Below are positions 48,557-58,793 of a stretch of 64,000 nt of DNA, in pieces. Below the pieces are notes generated by a model. The model searched no databases and was not told where the DNA came from. It saw nothing but the letters and a program-made list of their open reading frames with translations. The position numbers were made by a program, and so were the translations under genes. How positions within the stretch are numbered: position 1 is the stretch's first letter; every line of letters starts with the position of its first letter. Source of the DNA: Bacillota bacterium (GTDB lineage Bacteria > Bacillota_I > Bacilli_A > Erysipelotrichales > Erysipelotrichaceae); the NCBI GenBank assembly GCA_023388995.1, contig JAEWFD010000045.1:44497-108496 (forward strand), given 5' to 3'.

Positions 48557-49855
48557 CTATAAAATTTGATAAATGATTGGATCTTTCGCAACAACAGCAT
48601 CCGAAATTGCTACTGCTTCATAGAACTGCTGATTCCATTGTGCTGTCAACGCTTTGTTCGTATATACCGTCGCAATTGGATCTCCGCTTTGCACGAAATC
48701 CCCTTTCTTGACATGCAATACAATTCCTACTGCCGGATCAATCTCATCTTCCTTCGTAGCTCGTCCAGCACCAAGCTGCATTGCCAGTGTACCCATTTCC
48801 AATGCTTGCAGATTCTCGATATAGCCGCTGCTTGGCGCTTTCATTGCAATCTGCATCGTTGCGGATGGCAACTTAGCCGGATCTTCAATTACTGCAATAT
48901 CTCCATGCTGCGCTGCAACCATTGCTTTTAATTTTTCAAAAGCAGCGCCATTGTGAACTGCCTCTTCCAGTTTCACCCGTGCTTCTTCCTTTGTCTTGCA
49001 AATTTTCCCCTGAACCAGCATGATCTCACCCGCTTGATAACACAATTCGGTGAAATCAGCAGGTCCTTTGCCATGCAATGTATCAATTGCTTCCTTGACT
49101 TCCAAAGCATTTCCAATCGCACATCCCAGCGGCTGATTCATGTCACTGATCATTGCTTTCGTATCTCGGCCCAGTGCAGTTCCGATTTCAATCATGGCTT
49201 GCGCCAGTGCAATGGCATCTTCAGGAGTATGCATGAAAGCACCTTCTCCAAATTTTACGTCAAGCAAAATCGTATCAGAACCCGATGCAAGCTTCTTTGA
49301 CATAATAGAAGAGGCAATCAATGGAATCGAGCGAACTGTCGCTGTCACATCACGGAGTGCATACAACTTTTTATCCGCAGGAACCAATGAAGCAGTCTGT
49401 CCAATGACAGCAATGCCAATTTGATTCACCTGATCAATAAATTCTTTCTCTGTTAAAAAACAATTAAATCCGGCAATTGATTCCAGCTTATCCAGTGTAC
49501 CGCCGGTATGTCCTAACCCGCGTCCGGACATTTTTGCCGTCTTCAACCCACATGCTGCAACCATTGGTCCCAGTGCCAATGTAGTTTTATCGCCAACACC
49601 ACCCGTGGAGTGTTTATCAGCTTTAATGCCTGCAATGCTGGACAAGTCAATCACATCACCGCTGTTCATCATCGCTTTTGTTAGAAATGCTGTTTCTTGC
49701 GGATTCATTCCTTGGAGCACAATTGCCATGAGCAAAGCACTTGTCTGATATTCCGGAATCGTTTCTTTCACAATTCCATCTACCCAAAATGCTATTTCCT
49801 GCTCATTCAGTTCCAATCCATCTCTTTTCTTTTCAATTATATCGACAAATCGCAT
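48557..49855 (-). CDS. pdp: Pyrimidine-nucleoside phosphorylase
   Basis: DKHSTGGVGDKT motif, 432 aa. Confidence 0.9.
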   Translation of the reverse strand: MRFVDIIEKKRDGLELNEQEIAFWVDGIVKETIPEYQTSALLMAIVLQGMNPQETAFLTKAMMNSGDVIDLSSIAGIKADKHSTGGVGDKTTLALGPMVAACGLKTAKMSGRGLGHTGGTLDKLESIAGFNCFLTEKEFIDQVNQIGIAVIGQTASLVPADKKLYALRDVTATVRSIPLIASSIMSKKLASGSDTILLDVKFGEGAFMHTPEDAIALAQAMIEIGTALGRDTKAMISDMNQPLGCAIGNALEVKEAIDTLHGKGPADFTELCYQAGEIMLVQGKICKTKEEARVKLEEAVHNGAAFEKLKAMVAAQHGDIAVIEDPAKLPSATMQIAMKAPSSGYIENLQALEMGTLAMQLGAGRATKEDEIDPAVGIVLHVKKGDFVQSGDPIATVYTNKALTAQWNQQFYEAVAISDAVVAKDPIIYQIL

Positions 49856-49867
49856 GCTTATTCCCTC

Positions 49868-50593
49868 CTATGCGTATTGCTTAATAACTTCTTTCATGCG
49901 TGACTGAACTTTCTCAGCCAACTCTACAGTGCTCAGATGCTGATATTCCGTATAGGGAATGACTTGATCATACACCACATAAATAGGTTTTCGTTTTTCA
50001 TCCAAAGCATCTAAAATGGTAAAGCTGTTTACTAATACCACGATCATAATATCTGCTTTCGCCATGTAAGCAGCTTTCAATGCGCCTGCCTTAAACTCCC
50101 CCATCTCATTGCTTTTGGAGCGCGTTCCTTCCGGAAAAATCACTATGTTTCTTGGCTTTTGCAGGATCAGTGACGTTTCTTTCATCATCCGGACACTATC
50201 TTTGATACTTTCACGCTGAAACGTAATCGCCTCCAACGTCTTCAACCATGTACCGATCAGCGGGATCTTCAGATTCTCCACCTTGCTGACTGCCGTTGTC
50301 GGAACAACAGAAGTAGCAACTAGCAAGAAAGGATCCATGCTTCCTTGATGATTGCCGACAATTAAAGCTCCCTGTGTACCAACGATACCGTCGCCAACTA
50401 CAACTTCAACTTTTGCACCGGATAACTTCACAACGATACGGCACCATTTCTGCAATGCCGCAAACCGGCGCTCAAATGGCCGTTTCCGCTGGACAATCGC
50501 TGAAATATAGAAAGCCGGCAGCAGGATGCCAAAGCGCAGCCATAATTGTATTTTACGCCATTGCTTCATTTCAACCCTCATTTCTACTACCAT
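49868..50593 (-). CDS. plsC: 1-acyl-sn-glycerol-3-phosphate acyltransferase
   Basis: NHQGSMD (HX4D) and FPEGTRS motifs. The true start may be the internal ATG at 50567-50569. Confidence 0.8.
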   Translation of the reverse strand: MVVEMRVEMKQWRKIQLWLRFGILLPAFYISAIVQRKRPFERRFAALQKWCRIVVKLSGAKVEVVVGDGIVGTQGALIVGNHQGSMDPFLLVATSVVPTTAVSKVENLKIPLIGTWLKTLEAITFQRESIKDSVRMMKETSLILQKPRNIVIFPEGTRSKSNEMGEFKAGALKAAYMAKADIMIVVLVNSFTILDALDEKRKPIYVVYDQVIPYTEYQHLSTVELAEKVQSRMKEVIKQYA

Positions 50594-50661
50594 CTTATTA
50601 TATAATACTTTTGCGCAGAAGTAATCACTTTTACAGCTATTTTGCGCATTGAAAAAGGAGC

Positions 50662-50994
50662 TTACGCTCCCAGCTGCGGACCACTGATAAATGTAACCTG
50701 CTCCGCAATCAAATCATAGGCAATATACCGGTTCCCCTCCCGGTTTTCCAGAACTCTGGATTGAATACGCCCTTTAATCCCCACAACCGACCCCTCCACG
50801 CAATGTGCAATTGTTGTCTCTGCTACACCCCTCCATAGCGTGCACTCCACCAAATCACTTTCATAAGCCCCCTGTGCATTTGGAAAATTCCGATCCAACT
50901 CCAGTGTCATCCTTGCCATTTTCACACCGGACGCTGTTTCTTTCAGTTCCGGAAGATCTTTGACTTTCCCGACACATACATATTGGTTCAACAT
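50662..50994 (-). CDS. Short single-stranded DNA-binding protein without acidic tail (SsbB-like)
   Basis: A 110-aa OB-fold, starting at ATG 50992-50994 after GAAAGGAGA. The C-terminus ...FISGPQLGA lacks the D-D-D-(I/L)-P-F tail. Confidence 0.65.
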   Translation of the reverse strand: MLNQYVCVGKVKDLPELKETASGVKMARMTLELDRNFPNAQGAYESDLVECTLWRGVAETTIAHCVEGSVVGIKGRIQSRVLENREGNRYIAYDLIAEQVTFISGPQLGA

Positions 50995-51093
50995 AACGAT
51001 TTCCTGTCTCCTTTCTTCAGCGAATTGATTATCGCAAAAAACAGATATTTTTAAAACAAACATAACTATTCATAATATTGCTACATACGAGAA

Positions 51094-51134
51094 CGAAAAA
51101 AGGGTAATTTGCCGAATATTCTGCAAATTACCCT
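51094..51134 (-). terminator. Terminator after the M16 peptidase pair
   Basis: On the minus strand: agggtaatttgc-(10 nt)-gcaaattaccct (12-bp stem) followed by TTTTTT. Confidence 0.8.
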
Positions 51135-51182
51135 AACCATCATTCATTTATCGTAAAATAACAGATAATTGAGTTTTTTTTA

Positions 51183-52469
51183 TTAATCAGCTTTATTCTT
51201 ACCTTCCAACACTACCCTTGCACACTTATTGAGATCAATTGCATCTGCGACAGTACGTAAATCTTGCATTGTGATATCTGCAATACTTGTCAGACGCTCA
51301 TAGAAATCCAGCCCTAGAAATTTTGCTCGCGCATAAGAAATGGCATAATCCTCAAAGCGATTCAATATCCGAATCTGATACCCCATTAATTTCCGCTTCA
51401 TAGAAGCCAATGATTCCTCAGAGATCAGCTTTTCTTTCATTTCCGTCAATGCATCCATGAATTTTGCTTCCAAGACATCCGGCTGCTCGGTCTCACTCGT
51501 TAAGATCAAAAAGCCGTAATCCTCTCCTAAATCTGAATCATAGGAGAAAGAATCATTAATATATCTTGCATCTAACCATGGCTGCACATATTTCCCGGCA
51601 CTGGAAAATGTTCCTTCCAGCAAGATTTTCAATGCCATATCTAATTGTGAACGTTGTTTGCTATCCTCCACGCCATGCATCTTAATACCCAAGCCATACT
51701 TCTTTTGACTGACATCCATCGTAAATGTATAACTAGGACGAACTACTTCCTCTGGCTCATCATATGTAAATTTATGAACTTTGGGTACATCAGGGAATGT
51801 TTTCCCTTCCTGGTTTTTGGCAATGATATCTAAGATACTTTGGCTATCTTGGCCACTGACGCATACCAACAGCATATTTTGCGGATGATAGTTGATTTCA
51901 TAGCAATCATAGAGTTGTTTCAAGGTAATGGAATTCACGCTTTGCTCTGTACCCCCAATATCATTTTTCAGTGGATGCTGATGGTACAAAGACGCAAATA
52001 ATTCCTGAATAAAACGCACATCGCTCATTTGCTGGTACATTTTCAATTCCTGCACGATAATGCCTTTCTCTTTTTCTACAGAAGGCTCATCAATCTCCAG
52101 CACCTGTACAAAATCAAGCAGCAGATTCAACGGTTTTTCAATTTCCATCGTCGTGGAGAAGTAATACGCTGTTTCGAAATAAGACGTAAAGGCATTGGCA
52201 CTGATTCCCATTTCTGAATATTGGGTTAAAACATCTCCATGTTCGCTTTCAAACATCTTATGTTCCAGAAAATGGGCCAACCCATCCGTAAATGATATCG
52301 TCTGCTCCCGCTCATCCAACAGTTTGGAGTGGGCAGCACCAAATGGTGTCACAAACAGAAAATGGGATTTTGCATATCCTGGCTTTTCAATGATTACAAC
52401 ATCCAGTCCATTCTTTAACGTTGTCTTGACATACGTTTCCTGCATTGCTTCATTGTGAAACTTCTTCAT
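51183..52469 (-). CDS. M16 family zinc peptidase (YmfH-like, active-site subunit)
   Basis: HFLEH (HxxEH) zinc motif, 428 aa. Confidence 0.8.
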   Translation of the reverse strand: MKKFHNEAMQETYVKTTLKNGLDVVIIEKPGYAKSHFLFVTPFGAAHSKLLDEREQTISFTDGLAHFLEHKMFESEHGDVLTQYSEMGISANAFTSYFETAYYFSTTMEIEKPLNLLLDFVQVLEIDEPSVEKEKGIIVQELKMYQQMSDVRFIQELFASLYHQHPLKNDIGGTEQSVNSITLKQLYDCYEINYHPQNMLLVCVSGQDSQSILDIIAKNQEGKTFPDVPKVHKFTYDEPEEVVRPSYTFTMDVSQKKYGLGIKMHGVEDSKQRSQLDMALKILLEGTFSSAGKYVQPWLDARYINDSFSYDSDLGEDYGFLILTSETEQPDVLEAKFMDALTEMKEKLISEESLASMKRKLMGYQIRILNRFEDYAISYARAKFLGLDFYERLTSIADITMQDLRTVADAIDLNKCARVVLEGKNKAD

Positions 52470-53745
52470 TTATCTCATCCTCCACTCCGTCACGTTCCCG
52501 CAGGACAAATTCACCAACCAGCTGACAAGACTTCATAGCCTCAATCACTTGTTCCCTGGTCACCTGGCGAATTCGTTCAATCACTTCCTCGACACTTAGA
52601 TTCATCTGGGTAATTGTTTGCTGATACAAAAAGTTAATAATGCCGCCAGTGGAATCAAACTGCGACTGCAAGCCATTGATCATTAGTTTTTTGCTTGTTT
52701 CCAGCTGCCCTTCATCAAAGTTGCCATCCACCAACTTCTGAAATTGCTCTTCCATCAATGCTGCTGTCTGCTCTTTCTTATCATAGCTGATCCCTGCCAG
52801 AGCTACCAGCACTTCATCCATGGAATAGACGCTGGAATATATCGTATAGCAAAGAGAATGCTGTTCCCTTACCACCCGGAACAAAAACGAATTCGCATCT
52901 CCCCCAAACATGGTATTGCCAACTTTCAATGCATAATAGAGAGGATGCGTGTGATTAATCTGCGTCAGCCAGGTCAGCAGCAATGTCGTCTGGTCAATAT
53001 CTTTCTGGACTTCATCCTTCATCAATTCCTTCTGCGGCCATTCATAGAATACCGGGTATGTGCAATTGCGGGATGCAAATAGTTCCTGCTGTTCAAACAT
53101 TTCCTGTACTTGCTGCTGATTCACCATACCGACTACATAAATCTCTATTACGGTTTGGGACAGCAGTTCCTGATATGCTTGTTTTACATCTTCCCTTGTT
53201 AAGGCTTCAATTGCATCTGCTTCGCCTAAGCAAGAAATTGCAAACGGAGTTCCTTTTCCGATGCGCTTGTTGTTCTCATCAATGGCAAAAGAACCGGGAT
53301 CATCTTTTCGGCGCAAAACGCGGGAACGCATAATCATCTTTGCTTCTTCAAACAATTCTTCATCAAAAAGCCCCTGCTCATCCAGCAGCGGTTCGAATAA
53401 TACTTCTTTCAACAATTCAAATTGACGTATGACCATAGAATAAGATTCTTGCACAAACTGATCGGCAATTGCAGAACAACGCAGTTCCAGCATATGGCAA
53501 GCGCCTAATCCGTAGGTATTCATACTGATGTTCATTCCGTACAAGTCATCCAGGTATGATGTCAAGCTTTGATTTGTTGGATAAATAGCTGTTCTATTCG
53601 TCATCATAAAAGCCAGCAATGATCTCGCACTTGCTTTCTTTTGATCTAAGTCAAACAAAAACCGCATCGAGATCATGTTGTCTTTGAATTTATCGGTTTC
53701 TAACACTGTTAATGCGATTTGCTCGCCTAAGTTATATCGTTTCAT
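52450..53745 (-). CDS. M16 family peptidase-like protein (YmfF-like, no HxxEH)
   Basis: M16 fold by length and similarity to its neighbour, without the zinc motif. Overlaps the downstream partner by 20 nt. Confidence 0.7.
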   Translation of the reverse strand: MKRYNLGEQIALTVLETDKFKDNMISMRFLFDLDQKKASARSLLAFMMTNRTAIYPTNQSLTSYLDDLYGMNISMNTYGLGACHMLELRCSAIADQFVQESYSMVIRQFELLKEVLFEPLLDEQGLFDEELFEEAKMIMRSRVLRRKDDPGSFAIDENNKRIGKGTPFAISCLGEADAIEALTREDVKQAYQELLSQTVIEIYVVGMVNQQQVQEMFEQQELFASRNCTYPVFYEWPQKELMKDEVQKDIDQTTLLLTWLTQINHTHPLYYALKVGNTMFGGDANSFLFRVVREQHSLCYTIYSSVYSMDEVLVALAGISYDKKEQTAALMEEQFQKLVDGNFDEGQLETSKKLMINGLQSQFDSTGGIINFLYQQTITQMNLSVEEVIERIRQVTREQVIEAMKSCQLVGEFVLRERDGVEDEINEEVSQ

Positions 53746-53802
53746 ATGTCACCTCGTTTTACTAGTATACCCTAATTTTTCCCAAAATGCCACGACTTCG
53801 CC

Positions 53803-53830
53803 AAAGCAAAAACAGGCCGCAGCCTGTTTC
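53803..53830 (-). terminator. Terminator after the BMP-type ABC transporter operon
   Basis: On the minus strand: aaacaggc-tgcg-gcctgttt followed by TTGCTTT. Confidence 0.6.
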
Positions 53831-53844
53831 CCTTGTTTGATTCT

Positions 53845-54798
53845 CTAACGCTTGCCGGAATCGTAGATTTCTCCCGCAGCTTTCGGTCCAACGGTCCGTC
53901 CGCTGAAAATAACGAGCGCGACAATTGTCAGAATATATGGTGTGGAAGAGAAGAATTCACTTGGCAGTTTACTAAGGAATTGAATATCTTTTGCAAACAA
54001 CGCCAGAATTTGCGAGAAGCCAAAGAACAGACCTGCTCCCATAACACCAAAGGGATTCCATTTCCCAAAAATCAAAGCCGCAATTGCAATAAAGCCATAC
54101 CCATGAATCGATGCAATTGTAAACTGAACATCTTGGGTCATAACCATTACACCGCCGGCTAAGCCAGCAAGCAAACCTGAAGCCAATACGCCGATATAAC
54201 GCATCTTCGCAACATTGATTCCCATGGAAGCAGATGCTTGCGGGAACTCACCGCAAGAACGAAGGCGAAGACCAAATGCCGTTTTAAAGACAATAAAATA
54301 AGTAACAAACACTAGTGCAATTGCCAAATAGAAGGTTGGATGCACACCTTTGAACAGCAACTGACCGATAACCGGAATATCTTTCAGAAACGGAACGCTG
54401 ATCTTCATAATCCCTTTTCTGAATGCTGCTGTACGCTGCTGGTTGAAAATAATTTGACATAAGTAAACGGTTAACCCATTCGCCAGCAAATTCAGCGCTG
54501 TTCCGGAAATGGTCTGATCCGCTTTCAAGTTGATGCTTGCATAGGCATGCAAGATGGAAAACAGCAATCCCGCAACACATGCACTAATCAAACCAATGAC
54601 AATTGCCGGAAATGTTCCCATGGAATTCTCCAATAGAACAACTACGGTTGCAGTAGTGAAAGCCCCAATGGTCATAATCCCTTCCAGCGCAATATTCACA
54701 ATACCGCTGCGTTCACTGAATAAGCCGCCTAATCCTGCAATAATAATCGGTGCTGCCCCTACTAAGGCAATGGCAACCATATCATAGATCATTTTCAT
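53845..54798 (-). CDS. ABC transporter permease (NupQ/YufQ-like)
   Basis: Polytopic membrane protein of the BPD_transp_2 type, last gene of the BMP operon. Confidence 0.8.
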   Translation of the reverse strand: MKMIYDMVAIALVGAAPIIIAGLGGLFSERSGIVNIALEGIMTIGAFTTATVVVLLENSMGTFPAIVIGLISACVAGLLFSILHAYASINLKADQTISGTALNLLANGLTVYLCQIIFNQQRTAAFRKGIMKISVPFLKDIPVIGQLLFKGVHPTFYLAIALVFVTYFIVFKTAFGLRLRSCGEFPQASASMGINVAKMRYIGVLASGLLAGLAGGVMVMTQDVQFTIASIHGYGFIAIAALIFGKWNPFGVMGAGLFFGFSQILALFAKDIQFLSKLPSEFFSSTPYILTIVALVIFSGRTVGPKAAGEIYDSGKR

Positions 54799-55880
54799 TT
54801 AGACACGCCCCTTTCTTTATGAAACTTGTCTGTCAGAGAATAGATCACTCCCATGATTCCATTTTGCATCGCTACAAACATAATGATAGCCGAAGAGATA
54901 ATAACTGCAATATCCTTTGGCACCGACATTGACTGCAGCGCCGGCTGCGCGACTTTTAACAATCCAAACAGCAATCCGGAAAGCAGTATTCCGATCGCAT
55001 TGCATCCACCGACAAGAGCAACTGCAATACCATCAAATCCATACCCTTCAGCTGCTGACAGAACACGACCATATCCAAATGTACCCAAGGTCATGATAGC
55101 ACCTGCCAAACCTGCCAGAAATCCAGAGATCATAATCGCTGAAATAACATTTTTACTTACTTTCATTCCCGCATAACGAGCACCTTCTTTATTGTAGCCG
55201 GTTGCTCTCAGTCCAAAGCCAAATGTTGTTTTCTCAATAATAATCCAATATAAGAAGACTGCGACGATCACTACAATGATCCCCCAGTTCAAGCGCGAAT
55301 TCTTCGTCAAGCTGCTAAGCAGCGGAGACTTCAGCAATGCCCCTGCAGGCAAATCCGCTGTTCTCGCTTGTGTTGAACCAGGCAATGCCTTGATCCAGTA
55401 GTTGCTCATGTGCTGAGCAACATAGTTGAGCATAATTCCCGTTACAACTTCCGATATATTTTTTCGCACACGCAGAAGTCCCGGCAAAAACGCCCAGAGG
55501 GCACCTGCCAGACCACCTGCCAGCAAACAAGCCAATACATGAATTACCGGCGGGAGCTTCAGCAAAACGCCTGCAGCTGCTGCCATTGCTCCTCCTACAA
55601 TTACTTGTCCTTCACATCCAATATTGAACAACCCAGTACGATAAGCAAATCCGATTGCCAAACCTGATAAAATAATTGGCATGGAGAATACAATAAATTC
55701 GCCAAAGTAACGCAGATTCAATGGTCCAGGTTTCAACAAATCAATTCCTGTCAAACTCTTCAACAAGGAAGAAAACATCAAAACCGGACTGCGTCCGCTT
55801 GCCATGATAATGAGAGTACCCAGTAAAATACCCAGGACAATCGCAATCAACGGAGCAATTATTTTCTCATGTTTTTTCAT
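54795..55880 (-). CDS. ABC transporter permease (NupP/YufP-like)
   Basis: Polytopic membrane protein with ATGA-type overlaps to both neighbours. Confidence 0.8.
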   Translation of the reverse strand: MKKHEKIIAPLIAIVLGILLGTLIIMASGRSPVLMFSSLLKSLTGIDLLKPGPLNLRYFGEFIVFSMPIILSGLAIGFAYRTGLFNIGCEGQVIVGGAMAAAAGVLLKLPPVIHVLACLLAGGLAGALWAFLPGLLRVRKNISEVVTGIMLNYVAQHMSNYWIKALPGSTQARTADLPAGALLKSPLLSSLTKNSRLNWGIIVVIVAVFLYWIIIEKTTFGFGLRATGYNKEGARYAGMKVSKNVISAIMISGFLAGLAGAIMTLGTFGYGRVLSAAEGYGFDGIAVALVGGCNAIGILLSGLLFGLLKVAQPALQSMSVPKDIAVIISSAIIMFVAMQNGIMGVIYSLTDKFHKERGVSK

Positions 55881-57409
55881 ACCTTGTCTCCTTCTTTACG
55901 CAATGAACCAGACATCATTAGCCCCAATTCATTCTCATCCGTTTCTTTCGCGTTTACGATACCAGTCAGTTCTCCGTTGAACATAACGGCAATCCGATCC
56001 GAAAGAGCCAAAACCTCATCCAGTTCCAATGACACAAGCAAAATCGCTTTGCCCTTGTCACGCTCTTGAATAATCCGTGAATGAATATATTCAATGGCCC
56101 CAACATCAAGTCCCCGGGTTGGCTGTACGATTACGAGCAAATCCGGTGAACGGTCAATCTCACGGGCAATAATAGCTTTTTGCTGATTTCCTCCGCTCAT
56201 GCTGCGCGCAACTGTTTCCTTGCCGCGTCCGCTGCGAACATCAAACATTTCCGATAACCGCTCTGCATTAGCATCAATTTTATCCATCTGCAACAAACCG
56301 AATTTAGCAAATGCAGGACTATTGTAATTATGAATAATGTAATTCTCTTTTAAACGGAAATCCAATACCAAGCCATGTTTATGACGATCTTCCGGGATAT
56401 GTCCCATTCCGCTCACAAATCGCTTCTTAATGGAATAATGGCTGATATCCTCTCCATTTAATATGATTGAACCCGACTCTACTTTCGTTAATCCCGTCAA
56501 TGCGGAAACCAATTCTGTCTGACCATTGCCATCAATACCGGCAACACCCAAGACTTCACCCGCCTGAACAGTTAAACTCACATCTTTTACGCCTAAAACA
56601 CCCTTGGCATTCTTTACGTTTAAATGCTTCACTTCCAATACTGTATTTCCAAGTTTTGCTTCATCCTTCACAACTTCAAAGTTTACTTCACGACCTACCA
56701 TCATGGTAGCCATCTCTTCTTCTGTTGCCCCGCTGACATCAATTGTTCCAATGTATTTCCCGCGGCGCAAAACCGTACATTCGTCCGCTACTTCTTTGAT
56801 CTCTTTCAATTTATGCGTAATCAGCATGATGGTCTTCCCTTCCTTCACCAGATTGCGCATAATAGACATCAATTCTTTGATCTCCTGCGGTGTTAATACC
56901 GCCGTCGGTTCGTCAAAAATCAAAATATCAGCGTTGCGATACAACATTTTTAAGATTTCTACGCGTTGTTGCATCCCAACCGAAATATTTTGAATTTTCG
57001 CTGTCGGATCGACATTCAATCCATACAGTTTACTGAGTTCCGAAATCTTGGATTCTGCAAGTTTCATATCAATTGTCTTGAACTTGGTTTGCGGTTCTAA
57101 TCCTAAGATAATGTTTTCAGCAACTGTGAAATTCTCTACCAGTTTAAAATGCTGATGTACCATCCCAATCCCCAATTGTGTCGCCACATTCGGATCTGCG
57201 ATTACGACTTCCTTTTCTCTGACTTTGATCATTCCTTGAGTAGGCTGATACAATCCAAACAATATTGACATCAACGTTGATTTTCCTGCTCCATTTTCTC
57301 CCAATAAAGCATGAATACTGCGGTCTTTGACTCGCAACGTTACATTGTCATTTGCACGTATGCCTGGAAAATCTTTTGTAATATTGAGCATTTCAATTGC
57401 ATAACTCAT
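55877..57409 (-). CDS. ABC transporter ATP-binding protein, duplicated ABC domains (NupO/YufO-like)
   Basis: GENGAGKST Walker A, two signature/Walker B sets (VGMQQRVEI...IFDEPT and SGGNQQK...), 510 aa. Confidence 0.85.
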   Translation of the reverse strand: MSYAIEMLNITKDFPGIRANDNVTLRVKDRSIHALLGENGAGKSTLMSILFGLYQPTQGMIKVREKEVVIADPNVATQLGIGMVHQHFKLVENFTVAENIILGLEPQTKFKTIDMKLAESKISELSKLYGLNVDPTAKIQNISVGMQQRVEILKMLYRNADILIFDEPTAVLTPQEIKELMSIMRNLVKEGKTIMLITHKLKEIKEVADECTVLRRGKYIGTIDVSGATEEEMATMMVGREVNFEVVKDEAKLGNTVLEVKHLNVKNAKGVLGVKDVSLTVQAGEVLGVAGIDGNGQTELVSALTGLTKVESGSIILNGEDISHYSIKKRFVSGMGHIPEDRHKHGLVLDFRLKENYIIHNYNSPAFAKFGLLQMDKIDANAERLSEMFDVRSGRGKETVARSMSGGNQQKAIIAREIDRSPDLLVIVQPTRGLDVGAIEYIHSRIIQERDKGKAILLVSLELDEVLALSDRIAVMFNGELTGIVNAKETDENELGLMMSGSLRKEGDKV

Positions 57410-57565
57410 TGTAACTCCTCCATAACATGAGCCTATTATAACATAAACAACTTAGAAAACATTGTCTTTTTTATTAAAACAAAAGCAATTCTACAGGTAT
57501 TATTTTCATGCCTTCCTAATGCTTTGCAATTGAAAATAACCAAAAGTAAGCGTTTTCTGTCAATA

Positions 57566-57597
57566 GGAATAAAAAAGTGTGGACAAAGTCCACACTC
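57566..57597 (-). terminator. Intra-operon terminator/attenuator between the binding-protein and ATPase genes
   Basis: On the minus strand: agtgtggac-ttt-gtccacact followed by TTTTTTATT, 17 nt after the lipoprotein stop. Confidence 0.75.
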
Positions 57598-57613
57598 TTG
57601 AAAAACAGTATGA

Positions 57614-58663
57614 TTACTTCAATCTTGCAGGAGTAACTCCAACAACAATTTCTCCGCTCTTGATTTTAGCAAGTGCCGCATTAACTGCATCAGAGATTTC
57701 TTTGCTCAAGTTAGGGTTTTCAGCAGGGATGCCGATTCCGTCATTTTGGGCATTGAATAGAATTGTTTCAGAAGTAAATGTTCCTTTTGCAACTTTTTCG
57801 ATGAATGTGTAAGAAGCAACATCAACACGTTTCAAAGCAGAAGTCAAGATTGCACTCTTGCCATCAGCCATTTTACCAGCTTCGTATTGGTCAACGTCAA
57901 CACCGATTGCCCAAACATCTTCACCAGCTTCACGACGAGCTTTTGCTTCAGCGATCAAACCGTTACCAGTTGCGCCAGCAGCATGGAATACAACATATGC
58001 ACCAGCATTAAATTGTTTTTGAGCCAATTGTCCGCCGATTGTAGAATCTGTGAAAGAGTTTGCATAGTCAACCAATACTTTGATGCTAGGGTCAACGCTT
58101 GCAACACCTTCTTCAAAACCAGCTTCGAAACGTTGGATAACGTCGAAGTCCATACCACCGATATAACCAACAGTATCTTTACCAGCTTCTTTTGCTTTCA
58201 TAGCAGCAGCAATACCAACCAAGTAAGAAGGTTCTTGCTCAGCAAATACAGCAGAAGCTACATTTGGTTTTTCAACAACAGAGTCGATGATAACAAATTT
58301 AGAATCTGGGAATTGATCAGCAACAGTTGCCATAGATTCAGCAAACAAGAAACCAGGAGCAACGATTAAATCCAATTTTTCTTCAGCAAATTGGCTCAAG
58401 TTTGGAATATAATCAGCATCAGCAGCAGATTGTAAGTATTTGTAGCAATCTTTACCTAATCCATTGTCATTTGCATAACGAACTAAACCATTGTAAGTTC
58501 CTTCGTTAAATGACTTGTCATCAATACCACCTACGTCTGTAACCATACCCAAGTTCAATTTACATTCAGTTGGTGTAGGTTGTTGTGTTTGTGCTGTAGA
58601 GCATGCTGTTAATGACGCAAGAGCCAAACCAGCAACCGCAGCAGCCTTCATGAGTTTATTCAT
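57614..58663 (-). CDS. BMP-family (PnrA/NupN-like) nucleoside-binding lipoprotein
   Basis: Signal peptide with lipobox LTAC, BMP family body. Start at ATG 58661-58663 after GGAGGGAAAG. Confidence 0.85.
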   Translation of the reverse strand: MNKLMKAAAVAGLALASLTACSTAQTQQPTPTECKLNLGMVTDVGGIDDKSFNEGTYNGLVRYANDNGLGKDCYKYLQSAADADYIPNLSQFAEEKLDLIVAPGFLFAESMATVADQFPDSKFVIIDSVVEKPNVASAVFAEQEPSYLVGIAAAMKAKEAGKDTVGYIGGMDFDVIQRFEAGFEEGVASVDPSIKVLVDYANSFTDSTIGGQLAQKQFNAGAYVVFHAAGATGNGLIAEAKARREAGEDVWAIGVDVDQYEAGKMADGKSAILTSALKRVDVASYTFIEKVAKGTFTSETILFNAQNDGIGIPAENPNLSKEISDAVNAALAKIKSGEIVVGVTPARLK

Positions 58664-58732
58664 TTCTTTCCCTCCATGTTTCCACTCAGTATGAAACGGC
58701 AATCAGAAATGACTACCTTCCATTACCCTATA

Positions 58733-58761
58733 ATTCTAATGCAAAAGGAGTATTTAGTCAA
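58733..58761 (-). promoter_or_regulatory. SigA-type promoter of the BMP/ABC operon
   Basis: On the minus strand: TTGACT (58756-58761), 17 nt spacer, TAGAAT (58733-58738). Confidence 0.55.
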
Positions 58762-58793
58762 TAAGCTTTCCAACACTTGGAAAGAAAGCGCTG

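Noticed and set aside
58766-58784. Hairpin ctttccaa-cac-ttggaaag after yjjW as a terminator
   Set aside because: The stem is plausible (8 bp) but it is followed by CTTATTG rather than a U-tract. It may only pause transcription, so it is not listed as a confident terminator.
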